This document shows positions 51,993 to 63,411 of a stretch of DNA of 64,000 nucleotides, piece after piece. Every line of letters begins with the position of its first letter. The first letter of the stretch is position 1. The position numbers were made by a program, and so were the translations under genes. Under the pieces are notes generated by a model. That model saw only the letters and a program-made list of their open reading frames with translations. It was not told the origin of the DNA and searched no databases. The stretch spans positions 4,032,001 to 4,096,000 of the forward strand of contig OY969695.1 of assembly GCA_963701965.1 (NCBI GenBank). Reading direction: 5' to 3'. Source of the stretch: an uncultured Gemmatimonadales bacterium. GTDB taxonomy: Bacteria; Gemmatimonadota; Gemmatimonadetes; Gemmatimonadales; Gemmatimonadaceae.

Positions 51993-53091
51993 ATGAAGAT
52001 AATGGACGCGGTGGTGGCCGGCGAGACGAAGCGCCGCTGCCTCGTCGTCGACGACGAGCCGCGCTTGCGTCAGGTGCTGATGCGGCTCATGGAGGGTGAG
52101 GGCTTCGAGTGCCGGGAGGCCGCGTCAGGGGCCGAGGCGATCGAAGTGCTGCGCCATCACGACGTGACGCTGGTGCTGACCGATCTGCGCATGCCGCAGA
52201 TGGACGGCATTCGAGCTCCTGCGGCAGGTGCGCGCGCGCCACCCGGACACCGCGGTGGTGTTGATCACGGCCGTGGCCGATGTGGACATCGCGGTCAGCT
52301 GCTTGGGCGCTGGCGCGATGGACTATCTCATGAAGCCCTTCAATCTCGACGAGGTCCGCGCCCGCGTGGCGCAGGCGTTGGAGAAACGCCGCCTGCTAGT
52401 CGAGAATCGCGGCTATCAGGAGCGCCTCGAGGAGCGCGTGCAAGCCCAGGCGCGGCGCCTGGAGGAGCTCTTCCTGGCCAGTATGCAGGCCTTTGCCGAG
52501 GCGTTGGAGGTCAAAGACCGGTACACGCGCGGCCACTCGGTGCGCGTCAGCCAGTACTCGGCCGCCATCGCGCGGGTCATGGGATTGCCATCGGAGGTCG
52601 TGCGCCAGATCGAGATTGGCGGGCATGTGCACGACATCGGGAAGATCGGCGTGCGCGAGTCCGTGCTCAACAAGCCCGGGCCGCTCACGGACGAAGAGTA
52701 CGAGCACATCATGACGCACCCGATGGTCGGCTGGCGGATCCTGGCCCCCATCCTGGGCGATGCCCCGCTCGCGCTCAACATCGTGCGCTCCCACCACGAG
52801 CGCTTCGACGGCCGCGGGATCCCGGACGGTCTGGCGGGAACGGGCATCCCGCTCGAAGCGCGCATCGCCGCGGTGGCGGACGCGTTCGACGCGATGACGA
52901 GCGGCCGGGCGTATCGCCGGGGCGGACGGCTGGGCCTCGACGCCGCGCTCGGTGAAATGCGACGGTGTAACGGCACGCAGTTCGATCCCGAGGTGTTGGC
53001 GGCGTTCGTGACGGCGATCGATACCGGCGCGATCGCACTCGAGACGGTGACGTTGAGCGGCGACTACCCGGCGGTGGGCCGCGCCACCTAG
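51993..53091 (+). CDS. response regulator with HD-GYP domain; +1 frameshift near 52210
   Basis: REC domain (VVDDE, TDLRMPQMDG, KPF) split across two frames; HDIGKIG, HHERFDGRGIP, VADAFDAM. Confidence 0.88.
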
Positions 53092-53100
53092 CTTTGAGGG

Positions 53101-54627
53101 ATGTCGACCGCCGGCCTCATGATCAGCGTGTCGGGTATCCGGGGCCGTGTCGGTGAAGCCCTGACGCCCGAGCTCGTCACGCAATATGCAGCAGGGTTTG
53201 CAACTTGGGCGTCAGCCCAAGTGCCAGCCCGAGCGGCGTCTGATGCAACTTGGGCGTCAGCCCAAGTGCCAGCCCGAGCGGCGTCTGATGCAACTTGGGC
53301 GTCAGCCCAAGTGCCAGCCCGAGCGGCGTCTGATGCAACTTGGGCGTCAGCCCAAGTGCCAGCCCGAGCGGCGTCTGAGCGAACAAACGCCATCGTCGTT
53401 GGTCGTGATAGCCGGGTGTCCGGTCCCATGTTTCACCGCGCGGTGCTCGCGGGAATCCAATCAGTCGGATGTGACGTGATCGACGTCGGCCTCGCGCCGA
53501 CGCCGACAATCCAACTGGCCGTGGAGCACCACCACGCCGCGGGCGGCCTGGCGATCACGGCAAGTCACAACCCGGTCGAGTGGAACGCGCTCAAGTTCAT
53601 TGGGCCGAGTGGGCTGTTCCTGTCGGGCGAGGACGGCGCGGCGATGCGCGAGGCGACCGCGCGCGGCATCGCGCGCGCCACGTGGGACCGCCTCGGCACG
53701 GTGCGCGTGGACGACCAGGCGATCGAGCGGCATCTCGCCCAGATCCTGGCGTTGCCGTACATCGATGTGGAGGCGCTCCGGCGCCGCCGCTTTCATGTGG
53801 CGCTGGACTGCGTGCGCGGCGCTGGCGCCACCATCATGCCGCGGCTCTTGGAGCGACTGGGCTGCACGGTCACGGCGATCAACTTGGAGACCGACGGACG
53901 TTTCCCGCGACCGCCCGAACCGATCGCCGAGAACCTGTCGGATCTGGAGCGCCTCGTTTGCGTTTCGGGGGCCGACATCGGTTTGGCCGTCGATCCCGAT
54001 GTTGACCGGTTGGCGCTCGTCGACGAGACGGGGAAGGCGGTGGGTGAGGATTATACGCTGGCGCTGGCCGCGGGCGCGGTCCTTCGCCGCCGCCGGGGGC
54101 CGGTTGTGACGAACTTGTCCACCAGCCGGGTCGTCGATGATGCGGCGGCGCTCGCGGGCGTCGAGGTGATCCGGGCGCCGGTGGGAGAGGTCAACGTCGC
54201 GATGCGCATGCGCGCGGTCGGATCCCCGGTGGGTGGTGAAGGAAACGGGGGCGTGATCGTCAGTGATCTGCACCTCGGCCGCGATGCGCCGGTCGGGGCG
54301 GCGCTGGTGTTGCAGCTGTTGGTGGACGATGGGGCGCGCCTTTCCGAAGTCGTCGCACGCCGTCCGCGGTACGCCATCGTCAAGGACAAGTTGGACCGTC
54401 CGCCGGGAGGCATTGATCTCGGAACGGTCTATGCTGCGTTACGGAGCACTTTTGCCGGGGCTGGGGTAGACACGGACGACGGCATTCGTTTCGCTTGGGC
54501 GGACCGGTGGGTCCACATTCGCCCCAGTGGGACGGAGCCCGTCGTCCGCGTGATCGCCGAAGCGCCAACGGTCGAGCAGGCGCGCGAGCTGGTCGCGCGT
54601 GCTCGCGTACCGCTTCAGCACACTTAG
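53101..54627 (+). CDS. glmM: phosphoglucosamine mutase / phosphomannomutase carrying an in-frame repeat
   Basis: SVSGIRG, GRDSR, TASHNP, DPDVDR, RPSGTEP; upstream of glmS. Confidence 0.9.
   Translation: MSTAGLMISVSGIRGRVGEALTPELVTQYAAGFATWASAQVPARAASDATWASAQVPARAASDATWASAQVPARAASDATWASAQVPARAASERTNAIVVGRDSRVSGPMFHRAVLAGIQSVGCDVIDVGLAPTPTIQLAVEHHHAAGGLAITASHNPVEWNALKFIGPSGLFLSGEDGAAMREATARGIARATWDRLGTVRVDDQAIERHLAQILALPYIDVEALRRRRFHVALDCVRGAGATIMPRLLERLGCTVTAINLETDGRFPRPPEPIAENLSDLERLVCVSGADIGLAVDPDVDRLALVDETGKAVGEDYTLALAAGAVLRRRRGPVVTNLSTSRVVDDAAALAGVEVIRAPVGEVNVAMRMRAVGSPVGGEGNGGVIVSDLHLGRDAPVGAALVLQLLVDDGARLSEVVARRPRYAIVKDKLDRPPGGIDLGTVYAALRSTFAGAGVDTDDGIRFAWADRWVHIRPSGTEPVVRVIAEAPTVEQARELVARARVPLQHT
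53199..53378 (+). repeat. perfect 4 x 45-bp in-frame tandem repeat with internal hairpin
   Basis: TGCAACTTGGGCGTCAGCCCAAGTGCCAGCCCGAGCGGCGTCTGA x4, encoding [14 protein letters not shown](D/E). Confidence 0.95.
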
Positions 54628-54640
54628 ATCAGGATCAACG

Positions 54641-56466
54641 ATGTGTGGAATCGTCGGGTACATCGGGCCGCGGTCGGCCGCGCCGGTCCTCATTGATGGG
54701 CTGAAGCGCCTCGAATATCGCGGGTACGATTCCGCGGGGGTCGCGGTCATGAATGGGCGGCTGGAAACGCGGAAGCAAGCCGGCAAGATCTCGCGCCTGG
54801 AGCTGCTACTCGACGCCGAGCCGATCGAGGGTTCGGTCGGCATTGCGCATACCCGGTGGGCCACGCACGGCGCGCCCAACCAGTGCAACGCGCACCCGCA
54901 TCTGGACTGCAAGGCCCAGTTCGCCGTCGTCCACAACGGCATCATCGAAAACGCCACGCCGTTACGGCATATGCTCGAGGAGCACGGACATTCTGTTCGT
55001 CTCCGAGACCGATACCGAGGTCCTGGCGCACCTGATCGAGGCGGCGTTCGACGGCTCGCTCGAGGACGCGGTCATCGAGGCGCTGCATCAGGTGGAGGGG
55101 GCGTATGGCATCGCCGTCGTCTCCAGCTTGGACCCGGACAAGGTCGTCGCCGCCCGCAAAGGCAGCCCGTTGTTGATCGGCCTGGGCGAGGGCGAGTACT
55201 ACGTCGCCAGCGACGCGTCAGCGATCCTGGCCCACACGCGCGAGGTCGTCTATCTCGAGGATGGCGATCTGGCGGTGCTCGACCGCAATGGCTATCGCAT
55301 TCTCGATCTCAATGCGGCGACGCTGACGCGGCGGGTCAGCAAGATCGACTGGGATCTGGCCCAGATCGAGCGGGGCGGCTACGCGCACTTCATGCTCAAG
55401 GAGATCTTCGAGCAGCCGGACACGATCGCCAACACGATCGCGGGCCGGTTGCTGCTCGACGATGCCACGGCGAAGCTGACGGGCATGAACCTGACCGACG
55501 ATGAGTTGCTCACGGTCGACAACATCATCATTACGGCCTGCGGGACGAGCTGGCACTCGGCGCTGATCGGCGAGCAGATGATCGAGGAGGTCTGCCGGGT
55601 CCCGGTGGAAGTGGAGTACGCCTCGGAGTTCCGCTATCGCAATCCCATTGTCGGGCCGCGCACGTTGTGCATCGTCATCTCCCAGTCGGGTGAGACGGCG
55701 GACACGCTGGCCGCCATGCGGGAAGCGCAGCGCCGCGGCGCCCGCACGCTCGGTCTCGTGAACGTGGTCGGCTCCACGATCGCGCGCGAGGCGGGCGCCG
55801 GCATCTGATTTGCACGCGGGACCGGAGATCGGCGTGGCGTCGACCAAGGCGTTCACCAGCCAAGTGGTGGCGCTCGCCATGTTCACGCTCAAGCTCGGCC
55901 GCCTCAAGGCATTGTCGGTGCTTGGCGGCTCCGGGATCATCAAGGCCCTGGAGGCGCTGCCCGCGCAAGTGCGGCAGATCCTCGATCGGGCGCACGAGAT
56001 CGAAGAGTTGGCCGAAGAGTTCAAGCGGGCGCAGAATTTCCTGTATCTGGGGCGCGGGTACAATTTCCCGACGGCGTTGGAAGGCGCGCTCAAGCTGAAG
56101 GAAATCAGCTACATCCACGCCGAGGGCTACCCGGCGGCGGAAATGAAGCACGGTCCGATCGCGCTCATCGACGAGATGATGCCGGTCGTCTTCATCGCGC
56201 CACACGATTCGGTATTCGACAAGGTCGTCTCCAACGTGCAAGAAGTGAAAGCCCGCCGCGGGACGGTCATCGCCATCACGAGCCGCGACGAGCCGTCGCT
56301 CAAGGGCAAGCTGAACTACGAGTTCCGCATCCCGGAGACGATCGACATGCTGACGCCCGTGCTGGCGTCGGTGCCGCTGCAGCTGCTGGCGTACTACGTC
56401 GCCGTGAAGCGCGGCGCGAACGTCGACCAGCCGCGCAACCTGGCCAAGTCCGTCACCGTCGAATAG
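54641..56466 (+). CDS. glmS: glutamine-fructose-6-phosphate transaminase; two +1 frameshifts (about 54991 and 55807)
   Basis: [55 protein letters not shown] spread over three frames. Confidence 0.95.
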
Positions 56467-56467
56467 C

Positions 56468-56905
56468 CTGCGCGTCCTCGTCCAGCGCGTCTCGCGCGCC
56501 GAGGTCCGCGTCGGCGTCCGCGTGACGGGGCGCATCGGCCGCGGATTTCTGCTCCTCGTCGGCTTCACGCACAGCGACGCCGAAGCGCAAGTGATGTGGA
56601 TGGCCGAAAAAATCGCCGGCCTCAGGGTGTTCTCGGACGCCGACGACAAGATGAACTTGTCGCTCGCCGACGTCGGTGGCGCGCTCCTCGTCGTCTCCCA
56701 ATTCACGCTCTACGGCGACGCCGTCAAAGGCCGCCGACCCAGCTTCATCGACGCCGCGCGCCCCGAAGTCGCGATCCCGTTATACGAACGTTTTCTCGCA
56801 CTCCTGCGAGCCCAGAACATCACCGTCGAGACGGGCGAGTTCGGCGCCATGATGGACGTCGAGCTTGTAAACGACGGCCCCGTCACGCTTTGGCTAGAGC
56901 GCTAA
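56468..56905 (+). CDS. dtd: D-aminoacyl-tRNA deacylase (apparent CTG start)
   Basis: (M)[18 protein letters not shown]. Confidence 0.93.
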   Translation: MRVLVQRVSRAEVRVGVRVTGRIGRGFLLLVGFTHSDAEAQVMWMAEKIAGLRVFSDADDKMNLSLADVGGALLVVSQFTLYGDAVKGRRPSFIDAARPEVAIPLYERFLALLRAQNITVETGEFGAMMDVELVNDGPVTLWLER

Positions 56906-56940
56906 CCGTTTAGCTGACGCGGCGGTATATTCGGCGCCAT

Positions 56941-57564
56941 ATGTCGCGCCGACTATTAATGTTTTTCGCGTTGTCGACGCTCGGCTGCGCTGGCAGCACG
57001 AGCCCAATTTCGACGGCCGCGGAGCTCGCGGCGCTTCAGCTGGACAGCATCGCGAAGGCCTCTTGCTCGGGCGGATCGGGTTACCGGTGTCAGATGATGG
57101 CGATCGCCATCCAGGCCGAAGCCTTAGGCGCCGCGCCGGTCCCAATTCGGCTCAATACCGTCGGGGCCCCGCAGACGTGGTACGCGGTTGGTTTCGACAA
57201 CGCCACCTCAGGGTTCGTGACGCATCTGTACTACGTGATCGTGTACAGCGACCCGCAATTCACCAACGCGATCGAGTTAGTCATCCTCGTGAACCAGGAC
57301 ACGGTGCTCGGGCAGGCCAACACCGCGTTCAACGGAATCCTCGCGCAACCGACGACTAGTCAGGCGGGATTGACCGCGGGGAGTTTCGGCACGCCATGTC
57401 ACGCGACGCCCGGGATCAATGTCCGACCGCTGGCTGATTGCCACATCGGTACCGCCACGGTCTCAGCGATGGTTGTCTCGCAACCGGTGGTGAACAGCCA
57501 AACCGTACTAGACTCCATCTCGATCGCACCGCAAGTCGTCGCCGTCGCTCGAGAAGAACCGTAA
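56941..57564 (+). CDS. hypothetical lipoprotein (paralog 1)
   Basis: TLGC lipobox; two Cys pairs; C-terminal LDSISIAPQVV. Confidence 0.75.
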   Translation: MSRRLLMFFALSTLGCAGSTSPISTAAELAALQLDSIAKASCSGGSGYRCQMMAIAIQAEALGAAPVPIRLNTVGAPQTWYAVGFDNATSGFVTHLYYVIVYSDPQFTNAIELVILVNQDTVLGQANTAFNGILAQPTTSQAGLTAGSFGTPCHATPGINVRPLADCHIGTATVSAMVVSQPVVNSQTVLDSISIAPQVVAVAREEP

Positions 57565-57566
57565 CG

Positions 57567-58232
57567 GTGTCGCGTGGTCGCGCTTCGTTGTTCATTGTTT
57601 GCGCGGCCACAACGCTTGCCGCATGCGACAGCGGCACGAGCCCCAACGAACTGCGCGCAGCGGCTGCGGCCCGACAGTTCAATGAGCTCGCGCATGAGGT
57701 CTGCGCCGCTAACCTACAGGACCCGTCGTTCCCGGTCTCAGGGCGGTGCACCCTGATCGAGAGCGTACTGACCGCCACCGGCATGGGCGCCGGGCCAGTG
57801 CTGATTCCCGTCCAGACACGCGCCGGCACGCAGATGTGGGGAGCGGTGGGTTTTGCCCTGATCTCCGGGCCGGTGACATCGTTGGAGACGACGTACCAGG
57901 CGTTCGTATACAGCGACACCGGCCTCACAGACGTCATCAATCCGATACAGATCCTCACGCCCGGCAATGGAGTCACGGGCGCCTACTTGTTTGTGTCGGA
58001 TTCTCTCGCGGCTCTATCGACGGGCGTTCAGTTGACGCCTGGCCAATTCGGCGGCGCATGCCACCCAATGCCGGGCATCGCGCTGCCCGCTGCTCTCGGT
58101 GCCTCGTCGTGTGCGCTCGGCACGCTGACGTTCTCCATGGCCGCCGTGTCCGGAGGCCATGGGGTTCCCGCATCGCTCGACTCAGTCACGATCGCGCCCC
58201 AGGTGGTCAGCGCCCTTCTACTCCATCGATAA
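57567..58232 (+). CDS. hypothetical lipoprotein (paralog 2)
   Basis: LAAC lipobox; two Cys pairs; C-terminal LDSVTIAPQVV. Confidence 0.75.
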   Translation: MSRGRASLFIVCAATTLAACDSGTSPNELRAAAAARQFNELAHEVCAANLQDPSFPVSGRCTLIESVLTATGMGAGPVLIPVQTRAGTQMWGAVGFALISGPVTSLETTYQAFVYSDTGLTDVINPIQILTPGNGVTGAYLFVSDSLAALSTGVQLTPGQFGGACHPMPGIALPAALGASSCALGTLTFSMAAVSGGHGVPASLDSVTIAPQVVSALLLHR

Positions 58233-58404
58233 CCGCCCGCGGCCACCGCGGCTCGACAGCTCTACGCCGACGGGCAGGCCATTTGTGCTGCGAACTTGCA
58301 GGACCCGCGAAACGTGGTTTCCGAGCAGTGCGTGCTACTCGATGGCATTCGGCTCGATCACGATCGCGCCCCAGGTGGTAGGCGCCGTTCGTCTGCAGCG
58401 ATAA
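58233..58404 (+). pseudogene. internally deleted third lipoprotein paralog
   Basis: AARQL....ICAANLQDP...C joined to SITIAPQVV...R*; no start codon or signal peptide. Confidence 0.7.
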
Positions 58405-58427
58405 CGGCGCCTACTCCGAGTCAGCGT

Positions 58428-58826
58428 TCAGCTGCCCATGTCGTAGAAGAACTCTTCCTGCACGATCTTGCCCTGCTGAACGGTGTACAGCGCCGTCTCG
58501 TCCAACGTCATGCGCTGCCCGGCCATCGGCCCGCTCTTCGCGGTGACGTCGAACTTGTAGTGCACGATGAACCGGTCGCCGTGCGGCCAGGGACCGTCGA
58601 CGGAGGCGCCGTGCACTTCGTGGTTCTTCTCCCACCACTCGTTCTTGCCGCGAACGGCATCGAGCCCTTCCACGCGCGCGGGCATCGCCGGACTCGCCGC
58701 CGCTTCGACGCTCACGATCGTGGGGCTGTAGAGCTCATCGATCGCCTGCGTGTTCTTGCCGCTGCGACAGAAATCCACCAGCTCATGTCCGACCCGCATC
58801 GTATCCGCCACTACCGTTTCGCTCAT
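58428..58826 (-). CDS. SnoaL/NTF2-like protein
   Basis: LYSPTIVSVEA, KNEWW, GP..HGDRF, E.ALYTV..GKI..EEFFY; AGGAG RBS. Confidence 0.85.
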   Translation of the reverse strand: MSETVVADTMRVGHELVDFCRSGKNTQAIDELYSPTIVSVEAAASPAMPARVEGLDAVRGKNEWWEKNHEVHGASVDGPWPHGDRFIVHYKFDVTAKSGPMAGQRMTLDETALYTVQQGKIVQEEFFYDMGS

Positions 58827-58882
58827 CGGTGACACTCCTGCAAGTGTTGACGTCGAGTGAATCGCTAATGATAATCGGCCGC

Positions 58883-61800
58883 TCAACCCGGGAAGTCCAC
58901 CTCACGCACGTTATCCTCCGGCGTGCGATCGATGAGCTTGTTGTACGGGTCGACGCCCGCTTTCACTGGACGTTCCGGTACGACGAAATCGACCGACATC
59001 GACGGATTCGTGACGTGGACTTTACGGACCGCGAGCGGCTTCCCCAGCTTGTTTCCTTTTTCCCGCGCCCCGAACACACCGACATCAATGTAGTCGTTGA
59101 TCGGTATCTCGCTCTCCGTCCCCAGACTGTCGGCCCGCAGCTTCTTCGCGGCCAGCGTCAAATGGACGGCATACTGGCCGTCCGGCCGCTTCGTCGCCGT
59201 CGCCGTCACCGCCTTGTTGTCGTACAGCGTGATCGTCTCGAACAGATCATGGATGACGTACTGGAGCGAGTCCGGGGTCACCGCCCGGATGTACTTGAGG
59301 AACTCCACCGTGTTGGTGTACGGCGGCTGCTGGAACGCCTTGTCGTGCAGGAAGCGGTGCAGGGCCGAGTTCAGCGAGTCCTCCCCGATGTAGTCCCGCA
59401 GGGCATAGAACGCCAGCGAGCCCTTGTTATAGTGGATGTAGGCCTGACCCTCGACCAACATGAGGGGCAGCTCTTTCTTGCGCTCGCTACTACGCCCGCG
59501 CAGATAACGGTCCAGCTCGTATCGGAGAAACTTCTGCGCGCTCGCCGCGCCGTACTTCTTCTCCATGACCGTCAGCGCCGAGTACTCGGCCAGCGACTCG
59601 ATCAGCATCGTGGCGCCTTGCTGGTTTGCCCCCACGACCTGATGGCCCCACCATTGATGCGCCAGCTCATGCGCCGTCACGAACAGTGGCCAGTCGAGAT
59701 CGTCATCCTCGTCATTGACGCGCGCCACGAACCCGATCCCCTCGGAGAAGGGGACGGTGTTCGGGAACGATTGGGCGAAGGTCCCATATCGCGGAAACTC
59801 AATGATACGGTACTGGCGGAACTGGTACGGGCTGAAATGCGTCGTGTAGTACGCGAGTCCGCGCTTTGTCCCCTCGATCATCCGGGGGATGTCGAACTCG
59901 TGCCCCGGCTGATAGTACACCTCGATCGCCGTCCCCAACGCGCTGTCACGCCAAACCAGATAGCGCGCCGATTGGATCGAGTAGAAATCGAGGATCGGCG
60001 TGTCCATGTGATAGGCGAACACGCGCCGTCCATTCTCGGTCCACTCCCGCTGCAGATACCCAGGCGCGATCGCGATCTGATCCGGCGCCGTACTGACCTC
60101 GGCGTCGAACGTCACCCAATCCGCGTCGGTCGACAACAAGTTGTTCGCCCGGGCCGACTCGTCGTGAATCGACGGCATCCGCTCCTTGGGCGCGAGCTTC
60201 TCGCCCTTTCGCTTGTCGTCGTCGCTCAACTCGACCTGATCGTCGTACGCCAACGTCGGGAAGTACGTCCAATTCAAGAACGTCCCGTTGGCGACGATGT
60301 TATCGTTGGGAGTGCCGTTGGGAAATCCCGCTGCCGTGAAATGTCCGCCGAATGCCAACGCGATCGAGTCGCCGGACGCGAGCGGCGTCGCCAGGCGGTA
60401 GAGATAGACGCCCTGCGCCGAATCGGCCAACAGCACCTGTGTCGGGCGACTCCAGACGAGGGAATCGACCCGATACCCCTGCGCCAACACCACGGCGCCG
60501 CCGATCGCCGTGTTGGAGACGCTGACGTACAGACTGTCGAGCGCCCGGGGTTGCTTGTTCACGATCCGGTACACGCTGCTCAACGCGAACGCGCGTCGCT
60601 CGGGCACCAGGTCCGCCCGGATGCGGACTCCGACGATTCGCGGACTCGCCATCGACTTGAAACGCCGATAGGTGCGCTCGTACTCCGCCTGCGCGTGCTC
60701 CGTCGTCTTGGTATTCGAGTACCGGTTGAGAATAGCCGTGTTGTACCAAAGCCATCCACCAGTCGTCACCGCGGCCAGCGCGGTCGTGCCGCCGAGCCAC
60801 TGCGTCGCTGACGACCGCCAGCGGGAAAGAACTGCCGATTGTCGGATACGGCGCGTGTCATCGGCGCCCCGCACCCACACCAGATACGCCAGGACGAGCA
60901 ACACCAGCGCGACGGCCGTATAGTAGATCTCGATACCCGCGATCGACCGCGCGTAGTGGCCGAAGCCGTTCATGTCCGAATATGTGTAGCTCGGCAGGAC
61001 CCCGTACTGGTAGATCACCCGCTGCAGACCCAGATTGGTGAGCACGAGCGTGCCCACAAAAAGCAGGATCATGATGAAATGCCCAACGAACTTCTCGTTG
61101 ACCAGCGCATGCACAAAGAAGGCGAGCGCCGCGAGCTGGATGATGTTGGGGAACGCGATTCCGAAGACGGTCCGGGCGTAGAGACCCAGCTCGTAATGGT
61201 GGTAGCCCTTCAGCGTTTGCACGGCGATCGTGGCGACGACCGACACGAGCTCGGCGACCGTCATGGCGCCCAGAAATGCCAGCAGCTTTCCTGCGAGCGT
61301 GATGCCGGTGGGCACAGGGAGGGCGTCGGTGGTGCCGGACAACCGCAGTTGGCGCTCGCGCCACACCAGTTCGCCGGCGTAGATCGTCGTCAGGATGATC
61401 ACGAACAGGTACATGCCGCTGACGACGACCGTGAGCATCTCGCCGGTCACCGGCCAGATGGTCGTGCCGTACTGCGTGTCCGTCGCCCACGCCAAGAGCC
61501 CGACGTTCACGAGGCTGACGCACACGATCGTCAGGAAGATCGGCTCCCGTACAATCCCGACGAAAAAGAATCGCGCTTGGCTGAACAGCTGGCGGAACCG
61601 CGCGCCGAAATCGAAATGCAGTGACACGGCGGGCAGGCGGAGCACGGCGGCCGTGAGTGGCGCCGGCGCCGGAAGAGGCGCCGCGGCCGACTTACGGCGC
61701 CAACCCCGCCACGTGAGCGATCGGGCCTCGACCTCGAGGCGGACCGTGGTCAACGTGAACGCCACCAGCAGCGCCGAGATGCCCAACCAGATGAGGCGAT

Positions 61801-62524
61801 TCCACAGCAACTCCCCGGTGAGCGTGATCGGGAGCGTATTCCGCTCGGCGACCGTCCAGTACCGCGTCAGCAAGCTCAGCGCCGAGTTGCCAAACGGATC
61901 GATCCGCGCCGCCAGCGTCAGGCGGTCGAGATTGCTGACGATCTGCTGCGAGACGCTCCAAGCGACCAGCAACGCGATGCCCTGCGTGTAGATCGCGAAC
62001 AAGTTGCGCGTCAATGCGCCGATCGCGAAGAACAGGGCGCTGACGAACAGGACGTCGGGGACCACGATGAACAGGAACGGCCGCACGTAGCTCGCCAAAT
62101 GGAACGCCTGGAGCTTGTCGTGATTGGCCCAGGGCATCAGGGTGCCCACGAAGGCGCCGATCGGCAGCGCGGAATAGATCGCGATCATCACGATCGCCGC
62201 GCCGGCAAAGCGTCCCCCCAGGTACCCGAGCCGCGTCACGCGGGTGGTGAACACCAGCTCGTGCGACTTGATCTGCACATCGCGGAGAATGGCCGTGCCC
62301 ACGACCCCCGTCGTGATCACCTGCCCGAGGAACGTCATGATCACGAAGACCGTGGCCAGCGACGAGGGCGCGTTCCGCATGACGCTGTCGTTGGCGCCCT
62401 GGACCGAGACCGAATCGGACGAGGTCAGGAAGAACGCCATCAAGAACAGGATGGCGAAGTACAGGTAGGTCGTTGCCTGGCGGCGTAAGAATGCCAGCTC
62501 GAGGCGCAGGATCGTCCAGAACAT
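58883..62524 (-). CDS. ABC-2-type permease fused to an M1 aminopeptidase
   Basis: Two TM bundles followed by FAQSFPNT, AHELAHQWWG, ESLAEYS, YNKG. Confidence 0.9.
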   Translation of the reverse strand: MFWTILRLELAFLRRQATTYLYFAILFLMAFFLTSSDSVSVQGANDSVMRNAPSSLATVFVIMTFLGQVITTGVVGTAILRDVQIKSHELVFTTRVTRLGYLGGRFAGAAIVMIAIYSALPIGAFVGTLMPWANHDKLQAFHLASYVRPFLFIVVPDVLFVSALFFAIGALTRNLFAIYTQGIALLVAWSVSQQIVSNLDRLTLAARIDPFGNSALSLLTRYWTVAERNTLPITLTGELLWNRLIWLGISALLVAFTLTTVRLEVEARSLTWRGWRRKSAAAPLPAPAPLTAAVLRLPAVSLHFDFGARFRQLFSQARFFFVGIVREPIFLTIVCVSLVNVGLLAWATDTQYGTTIWPVTGEMLTVVVSGMYLFVIILTTIYAGELVWRERQLRLSGTTDALPVPTGITLAGKLLAFLGAMTVAELVSVVATIAVQTLKGYHHYELGLYARTVFGIAFPNIIQLAALAFFVHALVNEKFVGHFIMILLFVGTLVLTNLGLQRVIYQYGVLPSYTYSDMNGFGHYARSIAGIEIYYTAVALVLLVLAYLVWVRGADDTRRIRQSAVLSRWRSSATQWLGGTTALAAVTTGGWLWYNTAILNRYSNTKTTEHAQAEYERTYRRFKSMASPRIVGVRIRADLVPERRAFALSSVYRIVNKQPRALDSLYVSVSNTAIGGAVVLAQGYRVDSLVWSRPTQVLLADSAQGVYLYRLATPLASGDSIALAFGGHFTAAGFPNGTPNDNIVANGTFLNWTYFPTLAYDDQVELSDDDKRKGEKLAPKERMPSIHDESARANNLLSTDADWVTFDAEVSTAPDQIAIAPGYLQREWTENGRRVFAYHMDTPILDFYSIQSARYLVWRDSALGTAIEVYYQPGHEFDIPRMIEGTKRGLAYYTTHFSPYQFRQYRIIEFPRYGTFAQSFPNTVPFSEGIGFVARVNDEDDDLDWPLFVTAHELAHQWWGHQVVGANQQGATMLIESLAEYSALTVMEKKYGAASAQKFLRYELDRYLRGRSSERKKELPLMLVEGQAYIHYNKGSLAFYALRDYIGEDSLNSALHRFLHDKAFQQPPYTNTVEFLKYIRAVTPDSLQYVIHDLFETITLYDNKAVTATATKRPDGQYAVHLTLAAKKLRADSLGTESEIPINDYIDVGVFGAREKGNKLGKPLAVRKVHVTNPSMSVDFVVPERPVKAGVDPYNKLIDRTPEDNVREVDFPG

Positions 62525-62526
62525 GG

Positions 62527-63411
<885 letters not shown>

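Noticed and set aside
53199..53378. CRISPR array or intein in glmM
   Set aside because: Perfect head-to-tail repeats without spacers; no intein splice motifs.
54600..54640. glmS ribozyme
   Set aside because: Only 13 nt separate glmM and glmS; there is no room for it.
58829..60811. Long antisense or alternate-frame ORFs (660 aa here; also 15566-17464, 9481-11196, 3174-4877 and others)
   Set aside because: Shadow ORFs expected in high-GC DNA opposite or overlapping well-supported genes; Arg/Pro-rich and without motifs.
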